DNA of 64,000 bases from Amphiscolops sp. MND2022 (lineage: Eukaryota). Under the pieces are notes generated by a model. The model saw only the letters and a program-made list of their open reading frames with translations, was not told where the DNA came from and searched no databases. A program made the position numbers and the translations under genes. Shown one piece after another: positions 25,151 through 38,615 of the stretch (position 1 is its first letter; each line of letters starts with the position of its first letter). Location: assembly GCA_964187785.1 (NCBI GenBank), contig OZ076409.1, positions 59,150,001 to 59,214,000 of the forward strand. Direction: 5' to 3'.

Positions 25151-28100
25151 AGTATTGACTGCGTAGCTCAGATGAAAACCGTTTGAAATGGTCAAAATCC
25201 GAATTATTGAATCAAAAAAGTCAGGTCATCGTGAAAGGACTGTCAGTATAAACACTTTTGTGGAAAAAGTGGTTCAATTGATTTATTCAAAAAATGACGT
25301 GCTTCGATTACGCAAATTTTGAAAAGAATCTGGATTTATTTTTGGCAAACAAATTGTTTTGACAGCGTTTTTCTTTAGAAAAGTGCGACTATAGTCATGG
25401 TTTTCCAAAAATAGTTCCAATGAAAATTCTTCAATTTTGGTAAAGTCCTTTTGGGCAATGTACATCCTACATTTGAAATGTAAAGGAGTCTCCTTCGTCA
25501 AGCACACAACAGGATTTACGGCCAACTGGTTATACCGGATTCCGGATATAACGTGTACTGGAAATGCCGTTTGTGGGAGAGGTTTTCTAATGATACAAAA
25601 GGGTCCTTCCTTTGATTCTCAAGATATTCAGATATGATACAAATTCAACTGAAGCCGAGGAATCCCCCTCTAGTTTTTTGGCACTGTGAGACCTTATCAT
25701 TTTCAATATAATCAAACAGCTGTTATATCTTCAATTATTTATCATTCTTTGGGCTGTTTTGACTTTGTGCGTTTTTTTTCCGAAACTTTCATTTGATTAA
25801 AGTGTATTTTCCTGCTTTCCTATCTGTTTCCGGCTTGAGGAAAGTAGTTTCCAAGCTGAAAGTTCCTTTTTCTGCACTATGCGACTTTCCCGAAAAAAAT
25901 CGAAATATTTTTCAAAAAAAAAGATCTTGTGTTATTCCAGTTGGGGCAGCTGTAGTTTTGAGACTTATGTGTATCCTTTGGGGGTATTTTTTGGCACTGA
26001 GATTTGAATTGACTTTGTATTTATCTGCTAATCAATGAAAAGAAACGCAAGCTAATACAAAATATTAACAATCATCAATCAACATATTGTTAAAAGAAAT
26101 ATTTTTTCACAACAAAAAGATATCCATTTTATTCTGGATTGGTTCAGTGTTTGAAGGAAAAAATTTCAGAATTACAGCTTGATGATCCTTTCAAAATCCT
26201 ATATCTTGAAAAAGTTCCATTCCAACCCGTTTTCTTCCAAATTTCTTTTCAACGTTTTTCAGGTTTTCCTGGAAGGAATGGGGTTTGTCTTGTCTCTGAT
26301 TGGTCGTTTGGGTGCATGGTATCCGGTAAAGGGAACTGATCTGTCACTCTCTGTTTGCCATCATGCATAAAATCAACAACAGCACAGAATTTAATTATTT
26401 CAAATTATGCTCGAGGAATGAAAAAACTTCAGATTCGAAAAGTGTTCCTCGCTTTCATATTGCTCATGTCTTCATGTTGTTCAAGAGATCCAGCTTTTGT
26501 TTTGTCTTCAATTATCGGTCATTTCGTCTTTCAAATTGCAAAATATTTGATTAAATTTCTAAAACCTAAAGTGCATCAAAACGAATTCTACTCAGAGATG
26601 CCTTTAAAAATTATTCTCGGTAAAAGAGTATTCTTTGTGAACAAACACTTTGATTATTCAAAACAGGAAAGTTTCTTACTACAAAAAGTACTCTCGAAAG
26701 TTTTGAAATACTCTTCATCAAAATCTTCAAAACAACAATCATATCAGTTCCGATTAAGGGACAACTTTCACTTTCATCAGAACCTTCATTGTTTTTATTC
26801 AAATTATTTTTAACAGTTTTCACTGGTTCATTTCACATGTTTATTCAAAACATTCAAGGTATGTCAATCATTCAAAAGGTAAAACCGATACTATGAAGTA
26901 AAAAAAAAGTGTGCATGAGTCAGATTATTTGACTTTCTGAAAAATTTTTTACTTTATTGAAAGTTGAGTAAAAATCATAATCTAAAAGTTATATTTTTGA
27001 AGAAACGAGTAAACAAAATGGAATCTACTTTATTTTTTCAATTTCTTTTTGGATAAGTGTCGATACGTTTTTTTCTCTCAAGTTTTTGTAAGAGCAAACA
27101 AGTTTTGGCCAAATGATAAACGAAATATTATTTTTCTGTGAAAATGTTGAAAAAGTGTGTTCTAAAATACTTTGTTTGTTTTTTCTTCTTCCAATTTTCA
27201 TTTGGAGAGCGGGAAGAACGTCTATGGAGGATTGTCTGAATGTCACACGAGATTAAGGTTTTGTTGGGACACTGGTGTTGATTCTACAGTAGTGCTCGTA
27301 TAGCAACCGTTTTCAGTCCGAGTCAAAATTTCATCCAGAGGGCTATATCTTTTAAACAGTAGTAAAAACATGTATAGCACATTTTACATCAAACGAAATC
27401 CAATCCCTTGTGAATTCGTATTGCAATTTCTCAAGGGTTGATTCTGAGCTCAAGCGATGGTGGGATTGACAAACCAGAAAAGTCTCTGGACAGTTTGAAC
27501 GCTCCTCAGAAATGAATTCAGTCAAAAAACTTTTTTTCAATTTTTTTTTCAACATTTCCCTGGTGCAGATATAGTCATTTTCAGTTCTCTTTGAAAAGGT
27601 TGCAGCGAATGTTTTATTCAAGGTCTGGTTGGAGTAGTCGGTTGCGCGAAAGATTGCTTTGGTACTAGTTGCACGGGTAATTGGTGGTTTGAACCCGGTG
27701 ACGGCGTTCACGGGTTATGGAATAGATACCACTGTGATTGTTGATGTCTTCAACTCCCCTCCTGTTCAGGGAGATTGCAATAGTCTTCAAAGCAATATTC
27801 TCTCCTCCAACATTACTCGCCCAGCATGTCTACTCTGAACAGATTTTTTAAAATAAAGTTTCATCCATCAAAAACAGCCTGCAAATTTGAAGACTGTAAA
27901 AACGCTTGCTCAACATTTTAAAATAGTGTCGCGGCTTGAAAAGGCAAAACGTAATAAAGGTTATGTTTTTTGAAACTGCTTCATTAAAATTACTGTTTTT
28001 TTGTTCTTTTCATAATCTACGTTGTCTACGTTCTTTTCATGTCATTGTCGTCATGTCATAGCACATCATCAATCCAATCTTGCAAAATGTTGCTAATTTG

Positions 28101-31100
28101 TAGACTTTGGTCAAGCCTAGACAACAGCCGTTTGTACAACTCTACAACAGTGATCTTGAGATGCATCAAAGCATCTACGTCTTTGTCATTTTGAACCATT
28201 GTATCTTCGCGACTGTCACTTGCAAAAGTTGTTACTCGATTTTTCAATTTTCAATTTCTTTTGTGTTTTGGAATCAAGCAATTATTATCCACGTTTAACA
28301 TTCGATGAAAGCACACATGTAGAAAAAATACATTTTTCTTGTTGAAAGATCACTCCGCCAAAAAAGTAGTTTTTGCACAAATACTATCAAAGATTTAGGA
28401 TATGCTCATGCTCGAACCTGGATAACGACAGTTCACACTAAAAGGAAATAAGGCAAGAGAATTAGGTTTTGTGCTATGGGCTACCTTGTCACTGGAAAGG
28501 TGTCTTCTTTCAAATTTTGCTGTTGCTTGGCACAATGGAAAAGACCCGCTCCAGTTTCGTTGGAGCATCAGTTTTGTCAACGAAAAAAGTCTAGTACCGG
28601 TGGAGGAGTCGTTTTGTACTCGACACACGCTGCGTGTTTTTTACGTTTGGTTACGTCATCTTCGTGTCGAATCTATTACGTAACGTTTTTGGAAGAAAAT
28701 TATCGCGAACGCTACGTAGGATATTCGACACGAAGATTGAATCCATGCGACTGTCTCTTGCAAGACCTTCAGAGTGGCTGCTCATGTTTCTCCACCGGTA
28801 CTAGACTTTTTTCGTCGGCAAAACTGATGCTCCAACGAAACTGGAGCGGGTCTTTTCCATTGTTCCAAGCAACAGCGAAATTTGAAAGAAGACACCTTTC
28901 CAGTGACAAGGTAGCCCATAGCACAAAACCTAATTCTCTTGCCTTATTTCCTTTTAGTGGGAACTGTCGTTATCCAGGTTCGAGCATGAGCATATCCTAA
29001 ATCTTTGATAGTATTTGTGCAAAAACTACTTTTTTGGCGGAGTGATCTTTCAACAAGAAAAATGTATTTTTTCTCCATGTGTGCTTTCATCGAATGTTAA
29101 ACGTGGATAATATTTGCTTGATTCCAAAACACAAATTGAAAATTGAAAAATCGAGTAACAACTTTTGCAAGTGACAGTCGCGAAGATACAATGGTTCAAA
29201 ATGACAAAGACGTAGATGCTTTGATGCATCTCAAGATCACTGTTGTAGAGTTGTACAAACGGCTGTTGTCTAGGCTTGACCAAAGTTTACAAATTGGCAA
29301 CATTTTGCAAGATTGGATTGATGATGTGCTATGACACATGACGACAATGACATGAAAAGAACATAGACAACGCAGAATATGAAAAGAACAAAAAAAACAG
29401 TAATTTTGATGAAGCAGTTTCAAAAAACATAACCTTTATTACGTTTTGCCTTTTCAAGCCGCGACACTATTTTAAAATGTTGAGCAAGCGTTTTTACAGT
29501 CTTCAAATTTGCAGGCTGTTTTTGATGGATGAAACTTTATTTTAAAAAGTCTGTTCAGAGTAGACATGCTGCGCGAGTAATGTTGGAGGAGAGAATATTG
29601 CTTTGAAGACTATTGCAATCTCCCTGAACAGGAGGGGAGTTGAAGACATCAACAATCACAGTGGTATCTATTCCATAACCCGTGAATGCCGTCACCGGGT
29701 TCAAACCACCAATTACCCGTGCAACTAGTACCAAAGCAATCTTTCGCGCAACCGACTACTCCAACCAGACCTTTAATAAAACATTCGCTGCAGCCTTTTC
29801 AAAGAAAACTGAAAATAACTATATCTGCACCAGGGAAATGTTGAAAAAAAAATGAAAAAAAAAGTTTTTTAACTGAATTCATTTCTGAGGAGCGTTCAAA
29901 CTGTCCAGAGACTTTTCTGGTTTGTCAATCCCACCATCGCTTGAGCTCAGAATCAACCCTTGAGAAAATGCAATACGAATTCACAAGGGATTGGATTTCG
30001 TTTGATGTAAAATGTGCTATACATGTTTTTACTACTGTTTAAAATATATAGCTCTCTGGATGAAATTTTGACTCGGACTGAAAACGGTTGCTATACGAGC
30101 ACTACTGTAGAATCAACACCAGTGTCCCAACAAAACCTTAATCCCGTGTGACATTCAGACAATCCTCCATAGACGTTCTTCCCGCTCTCCAAATGAAAAT
30201 TGGAAGAAGAAAAAACGAACAATGTATTTTGGAACACACTTTTTCAACATTTTCACAGAAACATAATATTTCGTTTATCATTTGGCCAAAACTTGTTTGC
30301 TCTTACAAAAACATGAGAGAAAAAAACGTATCGACACTTATCCAAAAAAAATTGAAAAAATAAAGTAGATTCCATTTTGTTTACTCGTTTCTTCAAAAAT
30401 ATACTTTTTAGATTATGATTTTTACTCAACTTGTAATAAAGTAAAAAATTTTTCAAAAAGTCAAATAATCTGACTCATGCACACTTTTTTAACTTCATAG
30501 TATTGGTTTTACCTTTTGAATGATCGACATACGTTGAATGTTTTGAAAAAACATGTGAAATGAACCAGTGAAAACTGTTAAAAAGAATTTGAATAAAAAA
30601 CAATGAAGGTTCTGATGAAAGTGAAAGTTGTCCCTTAATCGGAACTGATATGATTATTGTTTTGAAGATTTTGATGAAGAGTATTTCAAAACTTTCGAGA
30701 GTACTTTTTGTAGAAAGAAACTTTCCAGTTTTAAATAATCAAAGTGTTTGTTCACAAAGAATACTCTTTTACCGAGAATAATTTTTAAAGGAATCTCTGA
30801 GTAGAATTCGTTTTGATGTACTTTAGGTTTTAAAAATTTAATCAAATAGTTTGAATTTGAAAGACGAAATGACCGATAATTGAAGACAAAACAAAAGCTG
30901 GATCTCTTGAACAATATGAAGACGTGAGCAATATGAAAGCGAGGAACACTTTTCGAATCTGAAGTTTTTTCATTCCTCGAGCATAATTTGAAATATTTAA
31001 ATTCTGTGCTGTTGTTAATTTTATGCGTGATGGCAAACAGAGATTGACAGATCAGTTGCCTTAACCGGATACCATGCACCCAAACAACCAATCAGAGACA

Positions 31101-32239
31101 AGACAAACCCCATTCCTTCCAGGAAAACCTGAAAAACGTTGAAAAGAAATTTGGAAGAAAACGGGTTGGAATGGAACTGTTTCAAGATATAGGATTTTGA
31201 AAGGATCATCAAGCTGTAAATCTGAAAGTTTGTTTCTTCAAATACTGAACCAATCCAGATTAAAATGGATATCTTTTTGTTGTGAAAAAATATTTCTTTT
31301 AACAATATGTTGATTGATGATTGTATATGTTTTGTATTAGCTTGCGTTTCTTTTCATTGATTAGCAGATAAATACAAAGTCAATTCAAATCTCAGTGCCA
31401 AAAAATACCCCCAAAGGATACACATAAGTCTCGAAAACTACAGCTGCCCCAACTGGAATAACACAAGATCTTTTTTTGAAAAATAATTCAATTTTTTTTC
31501 GGGAAAGTCGCATAGTGCAGAAAAAGGAACTTTAAGCTTGGAAACTACTTTCCTCAAGCCGAAAACAGATAGGAATACAGGAACATACACTTTAATCAAA
31601 TGAAGGTTTTGAAAAAAAAACGCACAGAGTCAAAACAGCCCAAAGAATGATAAATAATTGAAAATATAACAGCTGTTTGATTATATTGAAAATGATAAGG
31701 TCTCACAGTGCCAAAAAAACTAGAGGGGGATTCCTCGGCTTCAGTTGAATTTGTATCAACTCTGAATATCTTGAGAATCAAAGGAGGGACACTTTTGTAT
31801 CATTAGAAAACCTCTCCCACAAACGGCACTTCCAGTACACGTTATATCCTGAATCCGGTATAACCGGTTGGCCGTAAATCCTGTTGTGTGCTTGACGAAG
31901 GAGACCCCTTTACATTTCAAATGTAGGATGTACATTGCCCAAAAGGACTTTACCAAAATTGAAGAATTTTCATTGGAACCTTTTTTGGAAAACCATGACT
32001 ATAGTCGCTGTTTTCTAAAGAAAAACGCTGTCAAAACAATTTGTTTGCCAAGAATAAGTCCAGATTCTTTTCAAATTTTGCGTAATCGAGCACGTCATAT
32101 TTTGAATAAATCAATTGAACCACTTTTTCCACAAAAGTGTTTATACTGACAGTCCTTTCACAATGACCTGACTTTTTTGATTCAATAATTCTGATTTTGA
32201 CCATTTCAAACGGTTTTCATCTGAGCTATGCAGTCAATA

Positions 32240-35200
32240 CTAAAGTAGCTGAGATTCTATAAACACAGCCGTATAGGACTTATGTTTGATCTATCTTTCA
32301 ATATACAAAACCATATTATAGGTTTAAAGTTGCTAACATTCAATGAACACGGTCGTATAGGACTTATATTTGATCTGTCTTTCAAAATACTTTACTACAC
32401 TATCGTCCTAAAGTAATTAGGATTAGATGAAGACATATATTCGAGTATTGGTAGTGTTGGACATATATTCGAGCTAATTTTCAATATACGGTTCAAAAAT
32501 TTGAAGTAGATGAGATTCGATGAACACTTTCGTACAGGACTTGTATTCGATCTATCTTCCATTATACAGTACAATACTATAGGTCTAGAGTAGCTAAGAT
32601 TCAATTAACACGATCTTATAGCTTTGATATTCGATCAATCGTTCAATATACAGTACCATAATAAAGGTCTAAAGTAGATATAAGGTGAACACGATCGTAT
32701 GGGTTTCATATTTGATCAACCTTTCCATATACAGTACCACACTATAGCTCTAAAGTAGCTACTATTCAATGAACACAGCCGTAGAGGACTTATGTTTGAT
32801 CTATCTTTCAATATACATCACCAAATTATAGGTGTAATGTAGCTAATTTTCGATGAACACGGCCGTATAAGACTTATAATACAGTACAATACTATAGGTC
32901 TTAAGTACCTAAAATTCAATTAACACGATCGTATAGCTTTTATATTCGATCAATCTTTCAATATACAGTATCATAAAATAGGTCTAAAGTAGCTAAGATT
33001 CGATGAACAGGGTCGTATATGTTTTATATTTGATCTATCTTCCAATATACAGTACCATACTATAAGTCTGAAGTAGCTAAGATTCAATGAACATAGACGT
33101 ATAGGACTTATATTGGATCTATCATTCAATATAGAGTACAATACTATACGTCTAAGGTAGCTAAGGTTCGATGAAAACTTTCGGGTAGGACTTATACTCG
33201 ATCTATCTTTCAATATAAAGTACAAGACTATAGGGGTCTAAAGTAGCTAAAATTCAATTACCACGTTCGTATATGTTTTATTTTTGATCAATCTTTCACT
33301 TTACAGTACCATAACAAAGGACTAAAGTAGCAAAGATTCATTGAACACAGCTGCAAAGTACTTATATTCGATCTATCTTTCAATATACAGTACAAAACTA
33401 TAGGTCTAAAGTAGCTAAGATTCAATTACCACTATCGTATATGTTTTATATACGATCAATCTTTCAATATACAGTTCCATACTATAAGTCTAAAGTAGCT
33501 AAGTTTCAATGATCATAGACGTATAGGACTTATATTGGATATATCATTCATTAAAGAGTACAATACTATACGTCTAAGGTAGCTAAGGTTCGATGAAAAC
33601 TTTCGGATAGGACTTATACTCGATCTATCTTTCAATATAAAGTACAAGACTATAGGGGTCTAAAGTAGCTAAAATTCAATTACCACGTTCGTATATGTTT
33701 TATTTTCGATCAATCTTTCACTTTACAGTACCATAATATAGGACTAAAGTAGCTAAGATTCATTGAACACAGCTGCAAAGTACTTATATTCGATCTATCT
33801 TTCAATATACAGTACAAAACTATAGGTCTAAAGTAGCTAAGATTCAATTACCACGATCGTATAGGTTTTATATTCTATAGATCTTTCAATATACAGTACC
33901 ATACTAAAGGTCTAAAGTAGCTAAAATTATATGAACAAAGATGTATAAGACTCATATTCGGTCTATCTTTCCTTTCACAGTACCATACTATAGGATTAAA
34001 GTAGCTAAGATTCATTGAACACAGCTGTAAAGAACTTGTATTCGATCGATCTTTCAATATACAGTACCATAACATAGCTTTAAAGTAGCTACGATTTAAT
34101 GAACAAAGTTGTATAGGACCCATATTTGATCTATATTTCATTTTACAGTAACATACTATAGGATTAATGTAGCTAAGATTCAATTAACACGATCGTATAG
34201 TTTTTATAAGCGATCAATCTTTCAATATACTGTACCATAGTTTAGGTTTAAAGTAGCTACGATTCGATGAACAGGGTCGTATATGTTTTATATTCGATCT
34301 ATCTTTCATTATACAGTACCATACTATAAGTCTGAAGTAGCTAAGATTCAATGAACATAGACGTATAGGACTTATATATAAGAACATAGACGTATAGGAC
34401 TTATCTTTTGATATACAGTACCTTACTATAGGACTAAAGTATCTAAGATTCATTGAACACAGCTGTAAAGTACTTATATTCGATCTATCTTTCAATATAC
34501 AGTACAAAACTATAGGTCTAAAGTAGCTAAAATTCAATTACCACGATTGTATAGGTTTTATATTCTATAAATCTTTCAATATACAGTACCATACTAAAGG
34601 TCTTAAGTAGCTAAGATTTTATGAACAAAGATGTATAGGACTCATATTCGATCTATCTTTCCTTTCACAGTACCATACTATAGGATTAAAGTAGCTAAAA
34701 TTCATTAAACACAGCTGTAAATAACTTGTATTTGATCTATCTTTCAATATACAGTTCAAAACTATAGGTCTAAAGTAGCTAAGATTCAATTTAAACCATC
34801 GTATAGGTTTTATATTCGATCGATCTTTCAATATACAGTACCATAATAAAGCTCTAAAGTAGCTATGATTTAAAGAATAAAGTTGGATAGGACTCTTACT
34901 CGATCTATATTTCATTTTACGGTACCATACTATAGGATTATTGTAGCTAAGATCCAATTAACACGATCGTACAGCTTTTGTAAGCGATCAATCTTTCAAA
35001 ATACTGTACCATAATATAGGTCTAAAGTAGCTAAGATTCGATGAACAGGGTCGTATATGTTTTATATTCGATCTATCTTTCAATATTCAGTACCATACTA
35101 TAAGTCTGAAGTAGCTAAGATTCATGGAACATAGACGTATAGGACTTATATTGGATCTATCATTCTATATAGAGTACAATACTTTACGTATAAGGTGGGT

Positions 35201-37980
35201 AAGATTCGATGAAAACGGTCGTAGAGGACTTGTATTTGATCTATCGTTCGATATACAGTACCTTACTATAGGACTAAAGAAGCTAAGATTCGTTGAACAC
35301 AGCTGTAAAGGACTTATCCTTGATCTATCTTCCAATATACCGTACCATACTATAGGTCTAAAGTAGCGGAGATTCGATGAACAGGGTCGTATATGTTTTA
35401 TATTCGATCTATCTTTCTATATACAGTACCATACTAAAGGTCTAAAGTAGCTAAGATTATATGAACAAAGATGTATGAGACTCATATTCGGTCTATCTTT
35501 CCTTTCACAGTACCATACTATAGGATTAAAGTAGCTAAGATTCATTGAACACAGCTGTAAAGAACTTGTATTCGATCGATCTTTCAATATACAGTACCAT
35601 AACATAGCTTTAAAGTAGCTACGATTTAATGAACAAAGTTGTATAGGGCCCATATTTGATCTATATTTCATTTTACAGTACCATACTATAGGATTAATGT
35701 AGCTAAGATTCAATTAACACGATCGTATAGCTTTTATAAGCGATCAATCTTTCAATTTACTGTACCATAGTATAGGTTTAAAGTAGCTAAGATTCGATGA
35801 ACAGGGTCGTATATGTTTTATATTCGATCTATCTTTCATTATACAGTACCATACTATAGGATTAATGTAGCTAAGATTCAATTAACACGATTGTATAGCT
35901 TTTATAAGCGATCAATCTTTCAATATACTGTACCATAATATAGGTTTAAAGTAGCTAAGATTCGATGAACAGGGTCGTATATGTTTTATATTCGATCTAT
36001 CTTTCATTATACAGTACCATACTATAGGATTAATGTAGCTAAGATTCAATTAACACGATCGTATAGCTTTTATAAGCGATCAATCTTTCAATATACTGTA
36101 CCATAATATAGGTTTAAAGTAGCTAAGATTCGATGAACAGGGTCGTATATGTTTTATATTCGATCTATCTTTCATTATACAGTACCATACTATAAGTCTG
36201 AAGTAGCTAAGATTCAATGAACATAGACGTATAGGACTTATATATAAGAACATAGACGTATAGGACTTATCTTTTGATATACAGTACCTTACTATAGGAC
36301 TAAAGTAGCTAAGATTCATTGAACACAGCTGTAAAGTACTTATATTCGATCTATCTTTCAATATACAGTACAAAACTATAGGTCTAAAGTAGCTAAGATT
36401 CAATTACCACGATTGTATAGGTTTTATATTCTATAAATCTTTCAATATACAGTACCATACTAAAGGTCTTAAGTTAGCTAAGATTTTATGAACAAAGATG
36501 TATAGGACTCATATTCGATCTATATTTCCTTTCACAGTACCATACTATAGGATTGAAGTAGCTACAATTCATTGAACACAGCTGTAAATAACTTGTATTT
36601 GATCTATCTTTCAATATACAGTTCAAAACTATAGGTCTAAAGTAGCTAAGATTCAATTTACACCATCGTATAGGTTTTATATTCGATCGATCTTTCAATA
36701 TACAGTACCATAATATAGCTCTAAAGTAGCTATGATTTAATGAATAAAGTTGTATAGGACTCGTACTTGATCTATATTTCATTTTACGGTACCATACTAT
36801 AGGATTATTGTAGCTAAGATCCAATTAACACGATCGTACAGCTTTTGTAAGCGATCAATCTTTCAAAATACTGTACCATAATTCAGGTCTAAAGTAGCTA
36901 AGATTCGATGAACAGGGTCGTATATGTTTTATATTCGATCTATCTTTCAATATACAGTACCATACTATAAGTCTGAAGTAGCTAAGATTCATGGAACATA
37001 GACGTTTAGGACTTATATTGGATCTATCATTCTATATAGAGTACAATACTTTACGTATAAGGTGGGTAAGATTCGATGAAAACGGTCGTATAGGACTTGT
37101 ATTTGATCTATCTTTCGATATACAGTGCCTTACTATAGGACTAAAGAAGCTAAGATTCGTTGAACACAGCTGTAAAGGACTTATAATTGATCTATCTTCC
37201 AATATACCGTACCATACTATAGGTCTAAAGTAGCGGAGATTCGATGAACAGGGTCGTATATGTTTTATATTCGATCTATCTTTCTATATACAGTACCATA
37301 CTATAAGTTTGAAGTAGCTAAGATTCATTGAACATAGGCGTACAGGACTTTTATTGGATCTATCGGACAAAATTCAGTTCAAAACTATACGTCTAAGGTA
37401 GCTAAGATTCGATCAACACAGCTGTAAACGACTTATATTCGATCTATTTTTCATTATACAGTACAATACTATAGGTCTAAAGTAGCTAAGATTCAATTAC
37501 CAAGATCGTATAGCTTTTATATTCGAACAATCTTCCAACATACAGTACAGTACTTTAGGTCTAAAGTAGCTAAGATTCGATGAACAGCGTCGTATATGTT
37601 TTATATTCGATCTATCTTTCTATATACAGTACCATACTAAAAGTTTAAAATAGCTAAGAATCAATGACAATATGCGTATAGGACTTATATTGGATCTATC
37701 AGTCAATATACATTACAATATTATGCGTCTAAGGTAGCTGAAATTCGATGAACACAGCTGTAAACGACTTGTATTCGATCTTTTTTCATTATACAGTACA
37801 ATACTATAGGTCTAAGGTAGCTAAGATTCAAGGAACATAGGCGTATACGACTTATATTGGATCTATCATTCAATATACAGTACAATACTGTAGGGCTAAA
37901 GTAGCTAAGATTCAATGAACACAGTCGCGTAGAACTTATATTCGATCTATATTTCAAAATACGGTATATTACTATAGGAT
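32240..37980 (-). repeat. 84-bp satellite array, right arm (~68 units) with higher-order duplications
   Basis: Reverse complement of the left array. Duplicated blocks are shown by near-identical ORFs at 33875/35417, 34214/36080, 34619/36486 and 35124/36991. Confidence 0.93.
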
Positions 37981-38615
37981 CTCTGTAGAGATCCTAGTAG
38001 AAAGTAGTAGCTATTTCAGGGGCTACTCTGCGCATTTGTAAAAAAATTTGCCCTAATTCGTGTCCGGCATTTCGTTATTCAACACTGTGAAAACTCTTTC
38101 AGTATTCTATACATGAAAAACATTATACTTTTTACAGCATTTCATCATCTTTTTTCGTTAATTTCTATAGCAATTTTCACAATTTGCAGGTCACATTTCC
38201 ATGTTACTCGGTGTAAAGGTGGAGATATTTTTGGCGGTTGATGGTTGGAATGATAAAGAATGTTATCCATTACGCAAATGAAGGTAACTTCAGGGAAATT
38301 TTATCCATGGAAATCACGCATCAATAAAGGTCACTAGCATCAAAAAGAAGTAAGTAGAAGCACATTCATTTCAACGTTGGTAGATGAAAGCACCTTTTAT
38401 TGATCCTGTTGCCTTTTATCACGGCCGCATTTTCCATTCCTAACAAACTGCTCCTTCCATTTTTTTAATACTTTCCAGCACGCAAAGGTAAGGAAATTTC
38501 CTTTCATTGCCTGAAATAGAAACAAAAAAAATATCCAGGCTCGGATATTTCAAGGGTGTGTATAGAGAGAGAGAGAGAGAAAGACTTAAATTCTAATTGA
38601 GAGAAACCAAAATAG

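Noticed and set aside
22910..37980. 84-bp arrays as a CRISPR array or a 28-aa leucine-rich-repeat gene (LDLSFNI..)
   Set aside because: There are no unique spacers and no cas genes. The LRR-like frame has a stop in the consensus (AAG TAG CTA) and poor LxxLxLxxN spacing. The ORFs arise because 84 is divisible by 3.
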